DNA of 64,000 nucleotides from Camelus dromedarius (lineage: Eukaryota): NCBI RefSeq assembly GCF_036321535.1, contig NC_087437.1, positions 28,088,001 to 28,152,000 on the forward strand. The letters run 5' to 3'. How positions within the stretch are numbered: position 1 is the first letter of the stretch; every line of letters starts with the position of its first letter. The notes beneath the pieces were generated by a model. That model was not told where the DNA came from. It worked only from the letters and a program-made list of their open reading frames with translations, and made no database searches. The translations under genes and the position numbers were made by a program. Below, piece by piece: positions 12,505-23,100 of the stretch.

Positions 12505-14479
12505 GTAAGCTGTAATGCAACTCATGTTGCCCAGGTATATAAAGTAAGGTCAGACCTTCCGTTGGGGATTTCTTTTAAAAGTGGCCTGTGAGCAGTTAAG
12601 ATTTTAAGTAATGTTTAAATGAACTATCTGAACTGTCATTTATAAGTACATGTAGAACAGCAAAAGAAACTAAAAGGAAGTCATAACTGTTTACATTTAC
12701 TTCTTACAAAATTAGATTAGATGTCTTGTTTTAATTGTCAGATACTAAATTAATTTTATTAGAAGAGGTTTATTATATTTGCCAGTGTCTTGGTAACTTA
12801 TAAAAAGAGTAATTGGATTTACTTAAATAAATGTAACTACTTATGGAAAGTAGTTTAAAGTTCCTAAAATTCCTAGTTTGTGTAAAACAAACTATCATAT
12901 ATATAGTATTTGGATGTTAAGAAAATAATGTGTTAGAGGAAATTTTAAGGCATTCTAAAAATGAAATTTAGGATTTATGTTTGTAAAAATTACATTATTC
13001 AAGAATATAGTTCACCAAGGAAAACTGGAAAATTGCAGAAACTCTTCCTATTATACTTGCCAGAACTTTTAATAATTGGTGAGGTATTTTTAAAGAAACT
13101 CATAAATACAAATTTGATACCATATTATCACTTTTTAGTGCTTTGATTTCTGGTGTAATTTCTGGAATATGTAAAAAATACATAAAAAATGAAGTCATTA
13201 ATATTAAATGATTATATCTTTTCAGTGTAAATATTTTTATTCCAATTGTTTATTAATGAAAAAGTAAGTTGTTTAAAAATACTCATATTACTATGTAAAT
13301 TTGCCTTAAAGGAGTAGTTAAGAATTAAAATTTCATAAATGTTCTTTGTTTAATTGTGATGATTATAAGAAAAAAACAGTTTAAAAGCTAATAAACTCTC
13401 AGATATATTTTAAGTTTAAGTTTCAAAAATGCATTTTTAAAAGAATGAATACAATTACAGTGAAACATTCTCAAATTAAAAATTAGAACTACTGATCTGC
13501 TTTTGTGAGTAAATTGAATATTATTTGTAGCTTAATATCTCTAACAGGTTTAGGTATGCTTTTAGAATATAATTAAAGATTTCACTTTAATTGCCAGTAT
13601 CTAAGGAAGAAAACTCATTAAAAATAATTCATCCAAACCAGCTGATCTATTTGTCACAGTTTCTATTTCCTAAAAATTAAAAATATAACCACTAGAAAGC
13701 AGAAGAGAGAATATTTATTTTTCATGAGGGAAGAGGAACTTCCCTCATGAAAAATTGGAAATTTTGCTTAAAGGATTAGTTTACTTCATCAATTTGTAGA
13801 ATTGTGATGGCCACACTAATAACACTCTTAGCTACAAACATCATCCAACTTGGAATCTCAGAACTGTGGGTCCTGATGAGGTTAAGCTGGCCTGTAAATA
13901 TTAGACAGCCTAACTTTATGCTTTATAAATAATATTAAATATCAGGAGTGATTGGTGACGGTTTTGATTTCTTTTTTTTTGCCTATCTGCCTTTTCTGAG
14001 TGAGTGTTACATAATACATGTATTTTTAAAAGTTATTCTTTGAAAAAAGAATGAAGCAACCACTCTGAGAAGTAGGACCATGGTTAGTCTTTCACTTTCC
14101 TTATTCCACTTCCAGTAATCTTCGTCCCTACCACTTTCCTTATCTCCAAACCCAGTGGATGACTCAAAGGCAGAGGAATTCTCCATGGCATCAGTATGGC
14201 CCTTAACTTGCCTGAGTGGTAGCTATTGGTAATCTGGCTTCTAGTTATACAGGTCTTCATGGATATATTTTCCTTCCGTGGCAGTCAGACCTTTCTGTTA
14301 CACATAAGCTACTGACAAAATTCAGTACATTTCGGAACTGACTAGGCAGAAAGATAAGAATTACAACTAGAAAAAGAGGAAATTAAAAAACGAAACAAGT
14401 TTCTTGTCGTAAAGAAACTTTCTATTGTCTTAATATTCGTTTGAGTGTGTGCATCAGCATTTTGAGTATTCCCAAGATA

Positions 14480-14700
14480 GTAAAAGTTGCCTAGGACTGA
14501 GCCTTGAGGAACTCCAATATTTACAGCTTGGGCGAAGAAGAATTAGACTATAAAAGAGTCCAGAAAGAAATGAAGGAGGACAGCAAGGAGATTGCCATGT
14601 CATAGAAGGCAAGGAAGAGAGAACTTCCAGAAGTTGTGGAATGTGAAGTAGTTGGGAATAGAGTAAAAAATGATATTGAAAATTACCATTAATCTAAAAA
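14480..14700 (-). mobile_element. L2 fragment
   Basis: GACTGAGCCTTGAGGAACTCCAATATTTA; similar to 16180-16330. Confidence 0.7.
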
Positions 14701-15199
14701 ATAAAGCCAATTATTATTTTTTAAAAGACCATTAACATTTTGCTGTATTTATAGGAATTTTTAATATTATGCATGCTGATTTGGAGGAAATATATAGAAA
14801 GTCCAGGCAAACCAAAAGGAGAAAGGACAATAAAAATTATCTGGAATCTCATCACTAGGGCTAAAACTATTAATATTTTGGTATATACATGTCCTAGATT
14901 TTCTGAGGTTTATTATAAATTCCTCAAGTTTTTAGTTAACTTTAATTTTTTAAATTGATCCTAGAAGATATATATTAAAATGTACCTTTTACAAATGTAT
15001 GTCTAAATCACAGCTATCACTACTGCAATTGCCAATTTCAAATATTAGTCATACTATAAGTAGTGTCAGGTTTTATAGTGACATAGAACAAGGTGCTTAA
15101 TTTAGTGGACTTCCCACTTATCTGACCTTAAAGGAAATATTTATAAAGAAGTTTTGTAGACTGTCAAGTGTTTATATTCCCCCCTCCACTGAGCAAGCT

Positions 15200-17130
15200 T
15201 TTACAGACCATCTACTTATCCAGTAGTCACTATACCAGGTGAGGAAGATAAACTATGAGTAAGATGAAATTGTGAGAAAAGCTAAGAAACTAAGTGTATG
15301 ATGGTAGGGGGTGCTAATTAGACTGAGGGGTGGTCAGAGATCTTATCTTGGGAAACCCACACTTAAACTGAGGTCTGAAAGAAGTATGGATATAAGACAG
15401 AATATGTGATCATAGGGGGAAAAGATTAGTGAGAAAATTCAACAAACTGAACACTAAGAAAGTTCTCTGTGCATTCCAAGAACAGGAAGAAAGATGAGAA
15501 GGAGGGGGATAATATTAGGCAAGGCTGAAGTGGAGTACAGGAGCCAGACCATGCAGGCCTTGAAGTCTCACTAAAAAATTTTGGACTTTACTCTTTAGGC
15601 AGTGAAAAATCTTTGAAATGTTTTGGTTGAGGACAGGAATATGATTGGAATTTTGAATGTAGTTCTTTAAGATTGTTTAGTATCACATCAAAAAGATTGA
15701 AAGGGGACCAGAGAAGATGAGGAGACAATAGGAGGATACAGTAGAGTCTGAAATAAAGATGATGGTGGCCTGGACTAGAATGGTGATGAAGGAATTGGAG
15801 CACTAGTGATAGATTTGAGAAATATCCCGACCTTATAGTCAACAAGACATGGTTAGTTTGTTATTGAAAGTAAGCTACAGATGACTTCAAGGGTGTTGCT
15901 CAGATTTCTGAGGTGAACACGTGGGTAAAGGGTGTGGCCATTTGACTGAGTTAGGTGGAGTTACAGCTGGACTGAGAAAGAAGCTGGAGAGCTCGTACAG
16001 GATTTCTGGAGGCAGAGGTGCCTACAGGAGCTCAATTAGCGGCCATAACTGTAAACAACTGGAACTTAAAAGACAGGTCTGGGCTGGGATGTGAATCTGA
16101 GAGATTGATATGTGGATGGCTATTAAAGATAGCAAGTGGATGTGATTATCCAGACAAAGCCTAGATAAAGAAGGAGTTCAATACTGATCCTTGAGGGACT
16201 CAACATTTAACAATTAAGCCAAGAAGGCTTAGGTCACAAAAAAGCCCAGAAAGAACAACCAGGGGGAAAGAAAGAAAACTAGGAGATTGTTAAGTCGCAG
16301 AAGGCAAAAGAAGAGAGTTCTTCCAGAAGCCTTGGTATGAAAAACAGCTGAGAAATGAAGTAAGAAGATGACTGAAAAGTGACCATTGGATTGAGCAACA
16401 CCAAGGCTATTTTGGTGGGGTGGTAGGTCAGAAGCCAAACTGGAGTAGGTTGAAGAGGTAGTGGGGGTCAGGATGTCAAAACAATTAGTGAGGATAGCTC
16501 TTTTTCAGATCAAGCTATGCCAAGGAGAGAAACATGTGAAACCAGGGAGAGAAGTTTATATATCATTTATGCCTTATTTTTAAGACTGAAAAGATGAGAG
16601 TGTTTAAATGCCAATGGAAAGGATGCAGTTGAGATGGAGAAGGCTGAAGAGACAGGAGAGAGACAAGATGGATAATGTGTAGGAATCTTGAGAAATTGGG
16701 GCTGAGTTAGATCCAGAGTAAGCCCAGATGTTCTCTGTTTTCACAGGAAGGAAAGAGAGGACTATTACAGAGGCAGGAACTGGAGAGTGGACACCCAATG
16801 AATGGGCTCTGTCTCGGGATTCGCAGGCAAAACATTCTGCTCACGATGAGTAGGGCCGAGTAGGTGGACAAGGTTTGAAGAAGAGGTATGACATTGAGAA
16901 GTGGTAAGTTGCTGGCATTGTGAGCGAGCAGTAGAAACAATCAGATAATCTCAAAGACAGAGTGAAACCAGTCTGCTTGGTTCTTCAGCAGCGTCCAGTG
17001 TGTCTGCTGCCTGAGGAAGTTCCAATCCAGCTTCTTCTAGAGTTGGACTTAGTGGTAGGTTGCAATGAAAAGACTTGAGGAGAGGCTCTGAGGAATTTAG
17101 GATGTTTTAAAGTAAGTGATTCAAAATAAC
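15200..17130 (-). mobile_element. Long decayed L2 LINE fragment in the SUCNR1 intron
   Basis: Purine-rich L2 antisense texture. Minus-strand translation SNGHFSVIFLLHFSAVFHT resembles the L2 reverse transcriptase motif SVLILLDLSAAFDT. Confidence 0.8.
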
Positions 17131-17659
17131 TTATCAAAATACAGCATTTATTATATCTACAATTTCATGAATTATTTTCATAAGTAAAACACTTCCAAAA
17201 TCGCAGCGATCTTCAACTGAAGTAAAACACTTGAACTTAACAAAAGTAGATAAAATTTCTCAAGGTGCCTATATTACAGTGAATTCTGCTCAGTTTTTGC
17301 ATGCTTTCCAGAAGAGGCAGTTCAGATGCTTTTTTTTTCTTATTTTGCTCTATTTACCAAAATATGAATCATTTGATTGCAACTAACATTCCAAAGCCTA
17401 TTTGACAGGAAATTTTTAGAAAATTCTATTTTCAGCCTTGCTTTTTCCTTACTAGAAATAAGTAGGATTTAATGCTTTAAAATGGCAATCCAAGACATTT
17501 TTAAGAGAGTCAGTTCTTTAAGTATCCTATCCAGCCACAATGTGGCCTCATTATAAGAGAGAAAGTGGTAGCTGAGCAAGACATTTAAGGTCTAAATGAA
17601 TCAGATTGCTTATTTTCATGGCCCCCATTCAGAAGGTGCTATGATAGAGGTCTTTTACG

Positions 17660-17830
17660 AAATGTATGACCTTTCAAGGCTCAGTGACTTCGTGTGTAAA
17701 GGGAAAGTAATAGCAACCCCCATCTCCTTGTGTCACTGTGAGTATTAAATGAGATAATCCTTGGAAAGTGGTGAGCACAGTGCAAGGTACATTGTAAGCT
17801 TTCAATAAAGAGTGGCTATTGTGTTGTCAT
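17660..17830 (+). mobile_element. MIR SINE
   Basis: GTGAGTATTAAATGAGATAATCC...AGCACAGTGCAAGGTACATTGTAAGCTTTCAATAAA, a MIR 3' end. Confidence 0.75.
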
Positions 17831-18009
17831 TTCTAATATTTTCAGCTTCGTATTTTAAGTTTTTAAAATCGTGTTTTAAAACTGGAGTTATATTTTCTAA
17901 ACTTAATAAAATAATTAAAATCTTTTGTCAATATGGAAACAAAACCAAAGCTATTCAAATTGCAAGCCTGGAGTTATAAAAATCCCAGGTTCCTCTTCTA
18001 GGTTATGGT

Positions 18010-18368
18010 TCAATTAAATTCAATTCAGCAAAATTTGTTAAACAACTGTGATATGCTAGGGACCACAGCTGATCCTGAAGGCACAAAAATAAATTCAACT
18101 CTACTCTTCACTTCACTGCAATTTCTCTTGGCCTCCTTGCTGTTTGTCAAGTCCTTTATGCATGTTTCCACCTCTGGGCGTTTGCACATGCTTTTCCTTA
18201 GGTCTGACACCCTTTATTGTTTCATAATATGCACTTATTTATTTGCTGATTTTCCCCAAAAGAGTATAGATTATTTGAGAAGAGGAACTTTGTTTTACCC
18301 ATGGCTGTCATCCCCAGTGTCTAGCACATTGTTAGAAGGAACTCAATAAATATGTGTTAAAATAATGT
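18010..18368. mobile_element. Two L2 3'-end fragments in opposite orientations
   Basis: Antisense L2 end ATTCAGCAAAATTTGTTAAACAACTGTGATATGCTAGG (18010-18095) and sense L2 end TCCCCAGTGTCTAGCACATTG...ACTCAATAAATATGTGTTAA (to about 18368). Confidence 0.7.
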
Positions 18369-18542
18369 ACTAGTGACATACATGTATATGAACATGTATA
18401 TATTGACACTCCTTACTAATGTAACCAACTCTCTGTAGTTCAACTGTTAAGTGTAATTTGATGATGATGATGATGTTCTGCACAGTTTTGTCTTTGGTCA
18501 TAGTGTAGTAATTCATTCTTATACTTTCTCTCTCTTCTTTAG

Positions 18543-19532
18543 GCATGGAATGCAACTTGCAAAAACTGGGAGGCAGCAGAGACTGCCCTGCACAAGTACT
18601 ACCTTCCCATTTTTTATGGGATTGAGTTCATAGTGGGAGTCTTTGGGAATACTGCTGTTGTTTTTGGCTACCTCTCCTGTCTGAAGAACTGGACCAGCAG
18701 TAACATCTATCTCTTTAACCTCTCAATCTCTGACTTGGCTTTCTTGTGTACCCTTCCCATGCTGATGAGATATTATGCCCTCGGAAAATGGACATATGGG
18801 TACGTGCTGTGCATAAGCAACCGATACATGCTTCATGCCAACCTCTACACCAGCATTCTTTTCCTCACTTTTATCAGCATTGATCGATACCTGCTCATGA
18901 AGTATCCTTTCCGGGAACACCTCCTGCAAAGGAAAGAGTCTGCAGTTATACTCTCTTTGGCCATTTGGGGTTTGGTAACCTTAGAGCTCATGCCCATGCT
19001 TCCTCTTTTAAATCCTGATACAGCTGAGAATGGCACCAACTGTATTGATTATGCAAGTTCCGGGGACCCCAAGTACAGCCTCATTTATGGCATGTGTCTA
19101 ACCTTCTTAGGGTTTCTCATTCCTCTGTTTGTGATGTGCTTCTTTTATTTCAAGATTGCTCTTTTCCTAAAGCAGAGGAGCAGGCAGCTTGCTACTGCTT
19201 TGCCCCTTGAAAAGCCTCTCAACTTAGTCATCATGGCAGTTGTGATCTTCTCCGTGCTTTTTACTCCCTACCACGTCATGCGGAACCTGAGGATCGCTTC
19301 ATACCAGGGGATCTGGATGCAGTCCCCGTGCACTCAGGTCATCATCAACTCCTTGTACATCATGACTCGGCCTTTGGCCTTCCTGAACAGTGTCATCAAC
19401 CCTGTCTTCTATTTCCTCATGGGAGATCACTTCAGGGAGATGTTGATGAACAAACTGAGGCACCACTTCAGGTTCCTTACTTTCTTTAGAAGATGGGCTC
19501 ACGGACTAACGTTTTTGTTCAGGGAAAAGTGA
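18543..19532 (+). CDS. SUCNR1: SUCNR1 (GPR91, succinate receptor 1) main coding exon, 329 codons plus TGA
   Basis: Polypyrimidine tract and AG at 18541-18542, then an open frame AWNATCKNWEAAETALHKYYLPIFYGIEFIVGVFGN... continuous with ORF 18633-19532. It has 7TM motifs GN, NLSISDLAF, SIDRY, FTPYH and NPVFY. Succinate-binding Arg3.29/His3.33 (NRYMLH), Arg6.55 (HVMR) and Arg7.39 (MTRP) are retained, as are sequons NAT and NGT. Ends in FREK like human. Confidence 0.97.
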   Translation, partial: AWNATCKNWEAAETALHKYYLPIFYGIEFIVGVFGNTAVVFGYLSCLKNWTSSNIYLFNLSISDLAFLCTLPMLMRYYALGKWTYGYVLCISNRYMLHANLYTSILFLTFISIDRYLLMKYPFREHLLQRKESAVILSLAIWGLVTLELMPMLPLLNPDTAENGTNCIDYASSGDPKYSLIYGMCLTFLGFLIPLFVMCFFYFKIALFLKQRSRQLATALPLEKPLNLVIMAVVIFSVLFTPYHVMRNLRIASYQGIWMQSPCTQVIINSLYIMTRPLAFLNSVINPVFYFLMGDHFREMLMNKLRHHFRFLTFFRRWAHGLTFLFREK

Positions 19533-20180
19533 GGTGCTTGTGTAGCAGATCGTTTTACACAGGCATCTGTAAGCCAGTCAGAGTGTGATTTAACTCATAG
19601 ATGTAAATTAGGGAAGGTCACAGACCTGACCCTGTTTTAAAGCCATGTTGTACCCAGGGAGTGTGAAGAGAAGAGGATGGGAAGTATTTACTGGTTTTTT
19701 GACCTGAAAGTTGAAAGGAGTTGTACTCTCACTGTCTAATGTTTGAGCACGTAAGTCCAAAATTCTAAGTGTTAGAAGACCTTCTCAATCAGTGCAAAAG
19801 GAATAGAAAATAGATAAAGCAGAAATTTGTCTGCATTTAATTATTGGTATGATTGTCAAAAAAAAAATTGTTGGCAACATTCCATACATTATTTTTATTC
19901 ATACAATCGTATAGCTTTATGTGAGAACCAAATAACAGAAGATTAGACATATGCTATTAAATATTGTTAGAAGTTGTGCTCTTGAGCAAATTTAGGGTAA
20001 ACAGTAACAACGATGAACAGAAAGCAATAAAACAAGTTCAAAGATGCTTATATGATACTTCTTTATATTGATCATAAATTGAGGTCAAGTTGTAATTTTA
20101 AGACCCTTTTTGTTGCATGGTTTTTCATGCAAAGAGTCATATTAAATAGAACCTAAATAAAATGTTTAATGAAGAGAGAG
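19533..20180 (+). other. SUCNR1: SUCNR1 3' UTR with candidate poly(A) signals
   Basis: Follows the stop codon; AATAAA at 20026-20031 and 20156-20161. The true 3' end is unknown. Confidence 0.5.
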
Positions 20181-23100
20181 ACATGTTTGAGCTTGGCTCT
20201 CAGGGAACTTATGTGTAAGAGATATTTTAAAAGTATGAGAGAGAGATATGAAGGATAGCTACAAAAATTCCAAAGTTATCGAACACAAAGCACCTACCAG
20301 GAACCCAGAACAGGACTAAACGAAAGTGAATGCACTGTTTTTATGATGAGTGTGCCATCTGGCATTTTATGATCACAATTTGATTGTCAGTGCATGGAAA
20401 CATATTAAGTTCATTAGTCTTGCTACTCTTGATTAAATAGTAAAATTTAAAATATATTAATATCATAAAATCCGCAACTAAGAGGAATGAAGTGGTAATA
20501 TCAAAATGTATTGGGTTAATTATTCTTTTTTCCCTTTTGGAGGGAAAATCACAGTTTTTCTACCCATACACACTTTTTTTTTTTTTTTTTTTTTTTGGTA
20601 AGCAGTGGGATGATTTACAAGAAAAGCTTTATCTTGAGAGAGTGACTCACATCTAGAATGAGCCTTATTTTCATAGACCATTGAAGGAAATGTTCTAAAC
20701 AAAATGCCCTTTATGAGTTTGCAGAGTATAAGGAACAGTTATGTGCATGTCAGTATAGATTGTCCCAGAAGGGTTACCCATGCCACAGAACAAGTTTAGG
20801 GGAACAAAAAGAGTGCTGCATTAGTTTTTTTAAGTCAAAAAGTATCACATGATAATTCATTTATTACATGCAAAAAGTGTGTACATGTCCACATGTCTAC
20901 TCTCCTTTCCTTGAGTCACTGGCTGTAATGTGAACGATAAAATGAACATGAGAGCGAAGGCATAAAATTCATTGTCCTTCCTGTTTTGAGGTACTCTAGT
21001 AACATTGTTTTCTGACATTCTAAAAACCCAAAATGTTCCCACTGAAATATTATAAGAACACATTACCCACAGAGGATTTATTTTCTTACCTAACATTAGG
21101 GTTTAAGATTTTTTTTTCATGCTTTACCTTTATTATCAATATTTTAAAAATTTCAATGTAATTTTATAATTGCCTGATAATAAGCTGAAAACAGAATCTG
21201 AATTTTTTCACCAGAAAAGTCCACAAAAACAGTCTTAGAAAAGAAGTATTTGGTCATTTCTGCAACTTAGCAACATATAATTTAATTGTAACTTATATTT
21301 TATGCATTGGTTTCAATTTGTAAAGATGAAATTAGATTTGCCTCACCCTTATCCCAAGTTGAGGCAGGGGTAGACTCTTTCTAATAGTACAGTAAAATAG
21401 CTTATTAAACTATAAATGCTTACATGTGTCTTTTAACCAAAATCTTAAATAATTTTATAGCACGTTTCTTGATTTTTTTTTTTTTTTTTTTTTTTTTGCT
21501 CAAATCTGTCATGTGGAGACTTAATCCTTAATGGACTAAAGAGACCTGCACTGCAATTACAAGCGCTATTCTGTTTGCTGTTTGTACTAGGTGGTTGTAA
21601 AAATCACAAACAATAAATAATGGAAATCTTTCCTGGATTGGTTTTCAAAGGAAATATTATTAGGCTTTTGTATATGTCTTTTATTGGTTCCCTAGTGTCT
21701 TCAGAATCAAGTCTAAACCTCTTGGTCCAGCATTTGGCAATCTGGACCCACCTATTCTTTATCAGTTCTCTCTTGCTGCTGTTGTCACAGATTATACCCT
21801 CCAGCCAAAGACAGCTATTTCATTTCATTCTATTCAAAAGTTTCTTCATTAGGTACACTGGGATGCTCACCCTTGTTTTATTATGCCTACGTATAAAAAA
21901 ATCTAAGCATCTTTTAAGGTCCATCTCATCTATCACTCCATCTTAAAGTCTTTCTTATACATCTTCTCCCAAAATCTGGAAATAAATCCATCTATCTCTG
22001 GGGCTTCAGACTACTTTTGAGTATTTCTGACCTTCTATTCAGCAATCCAAGCAGGATGCCATGAATAAGAATCTGCAACAGAAGAGGAGAAGGAAACATG
22101 AGTATATTTATAAGCCTAAATGACAGACATTGCAGTGGCCTTTCAAAAATACCTACTTGGGCAGGATTTTAAACATGCTGAGTGGGTGGAACATAATCAA
22201 GAAAAAGCATTATTCTCTGATTCTACTTGTGCTCCCAAGTTGGTGGACCTGGAGAAAGGCTTGACATACAGATACAAATTTGCTATAGAGAGATAAGTAT
22301 ATATACATGTATATTTAATACATGTAACAAAGTAAGGCTCATGACATCAATCATGCAATCACTGAGTTCCTAGATGACATTTTCTCATTAAACTTTGTCT
22401 ATAGCAGGAGACTGATAAGTCTTAAACCAAGCTGTGCCTTGGAGTCTAAACACGTTTAAAATAAAGATAAAAATCATATTATGTAAACAGGAAGAATCAT
22501 GGAGCAACTTGCCACTTGTATAAAAATATACTTATTTAACAACTATTTCCAGTGTTTACCAGAAATTTTGTGATTGGTTAAGCTAGGGATAGCAAATACT
22601 TCTTGCCTTTAATTAGCTCATGGTCCTATAGGGAAAACAGACATGTAAACAGATAGACATAAGTGCAGGGCAAAAATAGAGATGTGCCCAAATTGCTAAA
22701 AGTGCATGGAATAATTCAGTCTTAGTAGGCTGGGGAATTATTTGGAGGTGACGCTAGTCCTGCTGAGGGCTGCCATTCAGGCGGTCAGGGCAACAGAAGG
22801 GGGAGCTGAGTGGTAAAGGGATATGCCTGGAAGGTAGACATTTGCAGGTGAATCCAGTGAGGGATCATTCTCTGGTAGTAGAGAAACCATACACGTATGC
22901 GATGCTGTTCAGCCTCCAATGCAGTGTCCATAGAACCATTCAAGAGTTTTCCCACTAGGACTTTCCCCAAAAGGGTTATCTTGGGGAGGCTTAAACAAAG
23001 ACAAAAAATAAAATTTACTGAACAGTTAAATCATTCCCGTGACATACTTCGTCCTGCTCTTGTTCTTTCACTCCTCGGCCAGCACTGTCACTCTTACTCC

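Larger units (their letters stand above)
12505..18542 (+). other. SUCNR1: SUCNR1 intron (GT...AG, about 6.0 kb)
   Basis: GTAAGC donor; CTTTCTCTCTCTTCTTTAG acceptor; the interior is rich in L2/MIR remnants. Confidence 0.75.

Noticed and set aside
18005..18349. 114-aa intronic ORF
   Set aside because: It spans two opposed L2 fragments and shows no protein-family features.
18633..18635. ORF-track start of the 299-aa GPCR ORF
   Set aside because: It is a GTG (Val) inside TM1; the frame extends to the splice acceptor at 18543.
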